Both the position numbers and the translations under genes were made by a program. A stretch of 64,000 nucleotides of DNA from Octopus bimaculoides (taxonomy: Eukaryota): NCBI RefSeq assembly GCF_001194135.2, contig NC_068983.1, forward strand, positions 66,581,634 through 66,645,633. Reading direction: 5' to 3'. Within the stretch, counting starts at the first letter, position 1. Every line of letters begins with the position of its first letter. The notes beneath the pieces are model-generated. The model was not told where the DNA came from. It worked only from the letters and a program-made list of their open reading frames with translations, and searched no databases. Positions 54,110 through 64,000 of the stretch are shown one piece after another.

Positions 54110-54520
54110 ATTTGAACTGTAAGCTAATTTGGTGCATCTCCTCATCTGTACATCATGCTGGGTCATCAGTTCATCCAGTATTGTGGATAGAAGGATGTCT
54201 AGTTCCTTTTTAAAGACAGCTACGTCCATATTATGTAGATTTCTTAATATTTGTGGCAGTACATTAAAGAACTGTGGGCCTTTGAACCCTAGGCTATTTC
54301 AGTACCGGGTCCTGAATTTAGATGGAGTGGATGGTACCTTTGATACAATACAATGCCCTCCAGTTCTGGCATTCATATAACATTCAATGCCAAATTTAGG
54401 CACTAGCTTTTCTAGAGTTTTCCATACGTAGATTATTACATATTTGTCATGCCTTCACTCCAGGGAGTAAAGTTGCAGCTTTTTCAGCCTCTCCCTGTAG
54501 CTCATCCACTGCAATGTTTC
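54110..54520 (-). mobile_element. CR1-group LINE 3' coding relic
   Basis: The minus strand reads SYRERLKKLQLYSLE*R..KYVIIYVWKTLE...SLGFKGPQFFNVLP...FKKELDILLSTI. Confidence 0.8.
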
Positions 54521-54601
54521 AGTCATTTTCATGTGGTGATGTTGGACTGCTATTTATATATATATTCATATTTATAAATATATATATGTGTATGTAAATA
54601 T

Positions 54602-54645
<44 letters not shown>

Positions 54646-55725
54646 TAACATTTATATCATCATCATCATCATCATCATCATCATGTATATATATATTTAT
54701 ATACATATATGTTTATATATATATTTATATATTTATTTTTATATACCTATACATATAAATTTGACATGGGTAATTCTTTCTTGCCTTTGGATTCATGGTC
54801 AAACAGCTGGGTGGAATTGTGTGAAAAATTACACAGATGTGTAGAATAATTTGGTGGTGATGCTGGGCTTTGTATTTTTCCATAGCTCCCATGGTTACCG
54901 AGATAATCTACTATAATAATACTCTTGTGTTTATGATTGAGAAAGGAAGGGATGATAGATGAATAATGAAGGAAGAGGTGATGTCATACTCAGTAGTGTA
55001 TGCTGAAAAAATAAATCAAACAGCATTTCAACTTTGTGTGAATATATGTGTATGTAAAAGGGGGGGTATGTGAATGTGAGTGTGTGTATGTGTTTGTATG
55101 TGTGTGTGTGGATGCACAATGGAAGTAGGATGGTTCATCTTTGTTCGCTTAGTATTTGGGTTTATTNNNNNNNNNNNNNNNNNNNNNNNNNNNNNNNNNN
55201 NNNNNNNNNNNNNNNNNNNNNNNNNNNNNNNNNNNNNNNNNNNNNNNNNNNNNNNNNNNNNNNNNNAGATAAATAGATAGAGAGGATGGTGGAGGGAGGA
55301 AGTGGAACAAATATATATATATATGGCAAGAAGAAAATGGAGGGAATCCAGAGGTGGTATTCATCAGCTGTTAGACATTATATTATGTCTATTTGTTTAT
55401 TTTAAACAGTTAAAATAATATATAAATACATGCATAAAGTATTAGTAATTTCTAAAATGGAGAAAGAAGAGCAATTTCTTACAACTGTTTCAGCCAAGAG
55501 GTCACAGTACCCCATATGTTATTTCCATCGTTTCAGTGTATTGTAGTAATCTGTAGATAAAATTAGGGTACTTGGGTATGCCTCTAGGCTTTGTCAGAGA
55601 GTTTTATAAGATAGTCCAAGAAGTTCATAGGGTTAATTTATGCATATATAAATACATATGCTTCGTCAGAGAGTTTTATAAGATAGCCCAAGAAGTTCAT
55701 AGGGCTAATTTATGCATATATATGC

Positions 55726-55766
<41 letters not shown>

Positions 55767-55779
55767 GCTAGAAAAACTA

Positions 55780-57570
55780 TAATGTCTCAACAAGGTAAAT
55801 ATTGAACTAGGGAGGATACTCCAGTTTGTTTCGATATACCCATGGGCATGCAAGACTTCACTGAAGTTGCCGACTTAGTTGGAATTTACCTTTAACACTT
55901 ACTCAAAGAACAATTTCCTGAATTGGAAAGTGGTCCTTACCGCAACAACACACTATTTTTAGTTAGAAATACCTCGAACGGAAAACTTGAGCTATGCAGA
56001 AAAAGAATACACAACTTCAAAAGCCAAGGACTAGCCATCACCATTGAAAAAGATTACAACTCAGTGAACTTCCTAGACGTTAACTTTAACCCTAATATGT
56101 CTTCTTATGAACCTTACCATAAACCTAACAACAATATCAGGTACATACATGCACAAAGTAACCATCCTTATAATATTATAAAATTTCTAACCTCTAACAT
56201 AGAAAGTAGAATTAACTTATTATCATCCAATGAGGAAATTTTTAACAAGCACAATGATTACTACAATCTAGCACTTAAGAAGGCAGGATACAAATATTGA
56301 ATTAAGTACAATAAAAACAATAGCACCTATTCTAATTATTCCAATAATTATCTAAAAAAGAACAATACCAACCATATTACTGAACCCACATATCATCAGC
56401 AATATGTTAGCAACAGACACAAATCCTACAACAACAATAAACATCATAATAATAAACTTTATAAATATGAGCACCATAACCATAACCTCACTAATAGAAT
56501 GAATAACACTAATTTTACCAACCCACAAATCACCAAATATACTGTTAATAATGTAATTAAACTCAAGTATACAGACAGTAAATACTGAAAACAAATAACT
56601 ATAAATAAAAATAAAAACATCAAACCAACACACTTAAAAAAATCAAACTTATTCCACTACATCTCATCCTTCTAATAATTCACATAACCACATAAATCAT
56701 ATTAATAAAGTTAGGAATAATATAGAAAAAAGAAACCTATACTATATGTAAGAATAGATGACCCACAAAATATAAAATTACTACGATAATAAAGAAAACA
56801 GCAAGAACATCATTTGGATCATAATTCCTTTTGCAAAACATCTAAAATCTAATTTTATTAAACCCATTAGAAGCATTGTTAAAAAAACTTTAAAAACTCT
56901 AAATATGCAAAAATATTTAATAACAAAATGATTAGCTTTGGGCTTTCAGTATCTCCAAACCTATTTAGGATCATCTCTTCATTTGACAATAGGAAACTAG
57001 ACTAATTCTGTAATGAAAAAAGCTTCTTCTAATACACATACTAACCCCAATAATTTCATATCTAATAACAATAATTATCAGAATAACCAAACCTCAATTA
57101 CCCCTAATATATATAGACATAACAATAGAGTACCAACTAATAATTCTAATTGTAATTGTAGAAACCTAAATACTTGTAAGCTAGAAGGTAACTGTAAAAT
57201 GAAAGATGCAGTATACCAAGCAACAATTATCACCCATAATCTCTCTAAAATTACTTATATCAGATGTTCACAAAATTCTTTGAAATTAAGATTAAATTAT
57301 CATAGATAATCCTTTAATGACCTTAGAAAATAAAATAGCACAGGTCTATCCAAAAAGGTTTGGCAACTGAAAAGAAGCACTATAGATTACTCGATTTCTT
57401 GGAAAATATTTTCTTCAGTTCCATCTTATAGACATATTAACAAGATTTTCAAATTATGCCTAGAAGAAAGTTGCAAAATAATGAAAATGAACAGTTCTCT
57501 AGTAAATCCGAGAAATGTAAAAGTTTTTTCTTGCAGACAGATGTCAAAATTCCTTTTTATTAATCTTAAA
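55780..57570 (+). mobile_element. Penelope-like element (Naiad/Chlamys-like) relic: RT 3' half plus GIY-YIG endonuclease
   Basis: RT reads FDIPMG..D..EVADLVGIYL, PYRNN, VNFLDVNF, YEPYHKPNN and SNHPYNIIK. The linker reads KNIIW..PFAK. The endonuclease reads CNCRNLNTCKLEGNC..VYQATI...TYI...SWKI...LCLEE. Multiple stops are present. The subclade call is from memory. Confidence 0.9.
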
Positions 57571-58604
57571 TAATCTTTCCACCCACCTACCTTAACCACT
57601 ATCATCTTATTCCTTCTTATAATTTAGTTTTTTGTATAATAGTTCTCTCTACATTATTACTGCCTATATATGATTCCTTTTCTATAATACTCTCTACTTT
57701 AATTATCCTACATTACTTGGATATTCATATGTTATTCTACCATCCCCCCATATATTGTATGAACCTCATTTTATTAATATAGAACCAATACCAAATGTTC
57801 ATATACCTTCCCCTCTTTCTCAATATATGTTTTTAGACAATTTTTTTGACTATTACTTAATATACACACATATATATACATTATTTGTATGTAATCTATT
57901 TTTTTCACAATATGTACTTAGATACACCTCTCTCACCTGTTATTATTATCATAATTAACTATTGTCAATACTTCTTACTTTTTACTATTGATATATGCAA
58001 ACACCTTTTAATACTTTTTCAGGGACTATTTTGCTCTTATATATCTTTTTTATTATCCTTTTCCCTTCTTTTCTTCTTTCTTATTCGTAACCTATTCCAT
58101 TTGCATATGTATATATTTTTTTTAAAAAACTACCTCTCTTAACTATCCCAATTTTTATTTCTTAATTATTTTATTTTGTGTTTCTCACAAACCTATGTAT
58201 ATTAACCAAAATCTTACAGATGATGTACGATTATACTTAGAGTAATTCTAAGTGCACAACAATCACTTCCACAAAATACTCACACTCTCATACATATAGT
58301 TTATTTATCTCTTCGGTTATCCATATAAATAGATTTATAGTATTTCCATTTTTTCTCATTATTAGTATTAATATTATTTTTATTTATCTATCATAATTTT
58401 TATTACTACTTCTAATATTTTCTTCAACTTTATATTTACACCGATTAATATAATTAATAGATTATATATTATATTCTATATTTTACTTATAAAACTTATA
58501 AAATAAACTTTATACATATACGTATGTCATATATTATACATAATATTATGCAAAGGTATATGGATGTATATATGTGTGTATATATCTGCATACACACATG
58601 TATG

Positions 58605-58648
<44 letters not shown>

Positions 58649-59057
58649 TATATGCACATATCCTTTTATCTTATTTCGTAGTTTCTGTTCCTTTTAAATG
58701 CATCAGTATACAAAATATATATACATATTTTGAAATAATATTCTCTTATATTGGAGATTTATATATATGAATTATTTCTCATATCTTTATTATATTTATT
58801 TTTTCACACCTAACACTCCATAACAATAAAAACACTTTTTCTTACATCCTCTTTCACCACTATAGAAACGTGTATTTCTTTGAAAAATCTTTCTTACGAA
58901 TTTACTTTAGCTTTATATCCCCTACATTGTTCCTTTTTCAACCTCCTCCCACCAAAAAAAACTCTTTTATCACCGTGCGTGATTTTTTTTCTCAATAATT
59001 TTAATCATAGCAAGTATCATCTTTCTCGATTCTGTAATATTAACAACTATTCTTCAG

Positions 59058-59123
59058 TGGGACTGAACCCAGAACCATATGGTTGGTAAGCAAGCTACTT
59101 ACCACACAGCCACACCTGTGCCT
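59058..59123 (-). mobile_element. tRNA-derived SINE head
   Basis: The minus strand reads GGCACAGGTGTGGCTGTGTGGTAAG...GGTTCAGTCCCA, with A- and B-box-like motifs. Confidence 0.75.
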
Positions 59124-59886
59124 ATATATATCGTATATTTTACTTCTTACGATAAATGCTTTATATGGAATGTATATCACTTAATTACCTATCTTCATAT
59201 AGAGAGAATGTTTCTTAAACATTTTTCACTTATATCTCCAAATATCCGTTAGCAGCATCATTTATAGTTCATACACAACCAGACTCTACCTAAGCATGTA
59301 TTTATCTTTCATCTTTCATAATCATATCATGAATATCCGAACATGTTATATGACACTCACTCCATCTAGTCTTTGCACTGAGGAGAATGGTAATATGTAA
59401 TTAATTTAATTATAATTAAATGAATTTTTAATTTTTCCATGTATCTTACATGTTAATATTACCGTTTGAAATGATTGTATGCATGGATTAAAATTTTATA
59501 AATCTTTCAACACCTTCTCTTCTCCATCTTTAATTGTGTGCTGAGTTGCTATAGGATACGTGTTCTATAAATGCTCATAACACACCTTATACTTGTAACA
59601 TTTTCATATTAAAAAAATACTTAGAATAGTAAGCTACCAATTTAATATGAAGGATCCCTATTAGAAATCTAACTTTGGAACCGCCCAAAGTAAAGGATGA
59701 AATAGAACTCAACCTTTTGTCACATATATATATTCATTTTGCAAGATTCTTGATGTGAATTCACGTGTTGAAACAGATATTGTTGTATTTTGGTATGGTC
59801 ATGTTTCCAGTTTAGCTAATGAAAACACATGCAATATATATTTGGGGTTCACTTGCTTTACTTTATTTTATATTAATTGGATTTCA

Positions 59887-59929
59887 GCCAGAGTTCTTTC
59901 GTCACACTTCTATGACCTCACCAGTGGTC
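59887..59929 (-). ncRNA. Hammerhead-like motif with a core mutation (CUGGUGA)
   Basis: Reads GACCA-CTGGTGA-G-GTCATA-GAAG-TGTGAC-GAAA-GAAC-TC-TGGC. Confidence 0.6.
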
Positions 59930-60910
59930 TTTTGCTTTCTTCTTTCTTTCTTGTGTCTCTCCTTCCTAATGTTCTACCATTTTTTGTATTCTTGCTGTAT
60001 GTGTCTTTATTTGCACATGCATATATCAGTGTGTGTGTGTCTATGTTTAGAAAGTGTGTCTGTGAGAATGTGTATGCTACCTGCATTATCAGTATCCCCT
60101 GATTATTCACAGCCATTTAATTTACTTTTATTTATTTTATTCATTTGTTTTTGTCTACTTACTTTTTCAGTTCTTTCTTTTTTTTTGTATTAATTTAATT
60201 CAATTTATTATATTTAGTTTAAGCATATAATTATTTAATTCCATTTATTTAGCTGTCTATTGTATTAGTTTCATATTATGATTATTAGTATATGGGGATT
60301 TTATTGTGCCATAGGTTGTGGTGTGTGGCTAGGTTTATCTTCTATTGTGGTTGTAGCTTCTGTAATTTATCTAAGCATTGCATCCGTTCTATGTGTGGAC
60401 AAGATTTTTAACTTCTATGTTGTTGAGTGTACCTCCGTATTCCCATTCGGCATGCTGTTATAGAACCAAGCTGTCTCCCCTACGTATGTTGTATGACAAT
60501 GTATGACAACGACGTACATAGGGGAGACAGCATAGATCATAGGAAAGCAGGTAAATGAGTATTGGAGGGAACTTAAGGAAGAGAAGAGCTCATCGGTTCT
60601 ATACCAACATGCCAAGCAGGGAAACAGGGTCTCACTCAACATAAACAAAATATAATAAATTAAATTAATACAAGAAAAGAAAGAAATGAAAAAATAAATA
60701 GATAAAAACAAATGAATAAAAGTAAATTAAATGAATGTGGATAAATGGGATACTGATAATGCAGGTACCATACACATTCCCACACACATACTTACTAAAC
60801 ATAGACACACACAGGGATATACGCATGTGAAAATAAAGACACATACAACAGGAACAAAAATGGCAGACCGTTAGGAAGGAGAGATGCAAAAAAGAAAGAA
60901 GAAAGCAAAG

Positions 60911-60954
60911 GACCACTGATGAGTTCACAAAAGTGTGACAAAAGAACTCTGGCT
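60911..60954 (+). ncRNA. Hammerhead-like motif with a core mutation (GAAA to AAAA)
   Basis: Reads GACCA-CTGATGA-G-TTCACA-AAAG-TGTGAC-AAAA-GAAC-TC-TGGC. Confidence 0.6.
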
Positions 60955-61004
60955 GAAATCCAATTAATATAAAATAAAGAGAATAGACAATTAGAGTTTG
61001 GCCA

Positions 61005-61085
61005 GCTCCTGTCAAACCATCCAATCCATGCCAGCATGGAAAACAGATGTTAAACAATGGTAATGACGATGATGATGATTTTTGA
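61005..61085 (+). mobile_element. Short RTE-type 3' tail
   Basis: Reads ctgtcaaaccatccaatccatgccagcatggaaaacagatgttaaac followed by (gat)n. Confidence 0.8.
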
Positions 61086-62345
61086 CTAGAGAATAAGAGT
61101 TGTCTAGAGGAATGTGTGTATAACATTGTGCTAACCTAGTGAAGTTAGCATCCTCCAGATTGACAACAGAGACATGTCAATATGCATGCATATTTCTGAC
61201 TTTGAGTTTAGACCGTCTGAAAGCTAAAAGACAGCAATATACCATGTTACATTAAGTGGTGCATTGTACATCAACAACTCAAAAAAGTACATATTCTGTA
61301 CAGTTGATAGAACACACATTCTTTTTAGATTGAAAACCTGTATCAATCTTCTTGGTTGACATTAAGACCAGTAGTTCTGTACCTTTGAAGACCTATGGAA
61401 TAAAAAAATCCCTTACTTGTAAACCAAGTAGTGGTTGGTAACAGGAAGAATAGTTGTCTGTAAAATCCTTCTTCAAATACTCTCCAGCCTAACTCATGCT
61501 AGCTTGGAAAAACAGATGTTAAAAAATGTATACATCTACATTTATATGCCTGTACCTATGTATTCTCTAACTAGTATTATAAAATCATTTCATAAGATTT
61601 CATACAACTATCCTTATATTTCTTTAAGTTCAGGCATTAATGATTGTAAAGTAACATCTTAAAATTTGAGCGGCGGGATTTTTAATAGGACAAGGTCGCA
61701 AGGATAACTAATCTGTCATATATCATATGATTTGTTATGTTTCATGTTATCACTTCCATTTCTTTTCCACATCAAGAGTAAAAATTTCATCTTTTGTTTT
61801 TTTTTGTTTTCTTTCATTGTGAGTTTGAATTTAGGACATCACTTTTTCTATTGTATTGTTGTTGCTGTATTTGTGTATGTTACACCATGCAAACTATGAT
61901 TATGATAGAGAGAGAAACAGAAACGAGGGAAATGATACTAATTGGTTGTTTGTTGTCTTTTAAAACCACACCCAGCCCCAACTTTGAAACCTTCTGGAAA
62001 TATTCAATTGAAGTTTTTTTCTCCTTCTAATATTGAACAAACAGAAAGTCTGTTATTGGCTAAGCTCAAAATTAACTTCTTTTGGACATTAGTTTGTTCT
62101 TTTAGGCTTTATTTTTTAAAATCTTCATATTGTATTTCATAAGAAAAATTGACTGCTTCTAACCATTAAATATAACACTCTCTCTNNNNNNNNNNNNNNN
62201 NNNNNNNNNNNNNNNNNNNTTCTCCCTCACACACATACATATGTACGAACATACATTCAATTTCTTAGAATAAAAGACAATGAGTTTTTTTTCCCTTTCT
62301 GGAAGAATTTGTTTTGTAAGGAGAGAATTAATAATAGTAGTAGTA

Positions 62346-62396
<51 letters not shown>

Positions 62397-64000
62397 GCAT
62401 AAGCAAACATTTTTTCATATGTTTAGTGAATGTTACAAATGTATGAATACAGCTTTCCAAATATAGTGAGGCAAATGAGGAAATATTGAAGGTTGTTTAG
62501 ATGTGTAGAATTAAACACAAGAAAACTATGTATGAAAATTGAAATCTGAGAAATCTAAAAATGGTTAAATAGTATGTATATTCAAAGAATTAGCAAAATC
62601 TCCTGATTATTGTGTGTATTCAAAGAACTGACACAATCACTAAATAAGAAAAAAAAAAAACACCAGAAATATGAACTTCAGATTACAAAAAAGTTTTACT
62701 CGATTGTAATTTGTACATTAATATACCAATTCAAGCACCAAATTTGAAATTAATGAAGGCCCTCTCAGAAAATATACCTCCTGAGGTAGAATCTAGACTA
62801 AGAAATGCATTTTTCAGTTTTATTAATTTAAATATCTCCATTGCTATTATTTACCATTCTAAATTTCATTTTTATTTCTGTTTAATATATCTCTTGTTTA
62901 TTTATTTGTTATTTTCTTATATTGAGCATCTTTTCTCTTTTGTCAATTTTGAAAACTATTGCAAGTATAGAACAAAATTAGCTGCTAAATATAAGAAGTT
63001 TGCTTTTACAAAAATGTCTACCAATCATAGTAATGTGCTTTAGTTTCTAAGTATATGGTTGAAAATCCCCATATTTGGAATGATAAACTCTTAAAGTTAT
63101 AATCTGCACTTGCTATACCCATGGCAATTCATATGAGCAAATTTCATTCTGTTCATGTATTTTATAAAATTTAGTTCACAAGCAAAATGTTTTGTGGCAT
63201 AGGAATTTCCTTAAGGAGTTTAAAACTATATTTTATTATAATTAGTTTACCACTGTTTCAGTTATCATTTACAATCTAAATATGATTTTTTTTCTCTTAC
63301 TTCTCATTATTCTCCAGCAGTTTTTGTCTTTCATATATTTTAGTTTTTCTGTTAATACATTTCTCTCCCCATTATTTTCATTTTGTATTTGTATTTAAAA
63401 CTCTCTTTTAATATTTCAAACCTTGTTATATTTTCCCAAATTGCTATGCTTGATCCATAGTTAGATCAGCTCATTATTTAACACACCCATGGGATTTATA
63501 AATTGCCTTTAAATGTATGCACTACTCAGTATATTTTTCCTCAAAAAACATTTCCATACATATTGACATAGCTTTCATGAGTTATTTTAGTTCTTCAAAT
63601 ACTTCTTCTCACTCCACTCAGCACATTCAACTATATTTATGGTATGATAGAAACCATACTACCGATTACTGAGTAGAGAAGTATTTATAGTAGGAGGTTG
63701 CTTATAAAGCTCTATCACTTCAAATGTAAGAACTAGTATGCTACGGATGCAGAGATTTTCAATATATGAAAGCTAGTTAATTTATGATAATAATGGTTGA
63801 TGACAGGAAGAGCATCTGGCCATAAAATCTTACCTCAACAGATTAAAAAAAAAAAAATTATTAACAGATCATTTACTTTACCATATCAAAAATAATCATA
63901 CATACCTATGTCTAGTTTCATGCTTATAACATCCACAACTACAGAGTGACCTGCTCTAATACAAGACTAGTGTGTAATTCTGTACATTTATGAGTTGAGT

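Larger units (their letters stand above)
59861..60979. mobile_element. Palindromic PLE remnant: two inverted 3' ends (GIY-YIG C-terminus plus 3' repeat)
   Basis: 59861-60215 and about 60645-60979 are reverse complements. The centre encodes YIGETA*IIGKQVNEYWRELKEEKSSSVLYQHAK on + and YVGETA...KILSTHRTDAMLR*ITEA on -. Confidence 0.85.

Noticed and set aside
55790-57310. Selenocysteine recoding in the Naiad-like element (some Naiads encode selenoproteins)
   Set aside because: The in-frame TGA near 55803 falls where Trp is expected, the endonuclease Cys codons are TGT, TAA stops are also present, and I identified no SECIS.

Overview
AT-rich, repeat-dense animal genomic DNA with seven assembly gaps. 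I judge it most likely an octopus or other coleoid cephalopod, from recalled repeat families, not from a database search. I could not support any intact host protein-coding gene, RNA gene or CRISPR array. Most ORF-track entries are microsatellite translations, N-gap artefacts or decayed transposon frames. The window holds RTE LINE copies, old L2/CR1-group relics, tRNA-derived SINEs, Tc1, maT (DD37D-type), Tigger and piggyBac-type DNA elements, a Gypsy remnant, and three Penelope-like element (PLE) remnants. Three structures stand out. (1) A Gypsy gag remnant is flanked by inverted LTR copies, and the whole unit is bounded by TG...CA and a 4-bp GTTA duplication (31922-34006). (2) A 325-bp inverted repeat has a minimal hammerhead ribozyme fold at its inner ends, with a compensatory helix II change between the two arms (34904-35775). 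(3) A 1.1-kb palindrome is built from two head-to-head PLE 3' ends, each carrying GIY-YIG coding remnants and a hammerhead motif with a different core mutation (59861-60979). Hammerheads in PLE repeats are a known phenomenon; the specific arrangements here are what merit checking.
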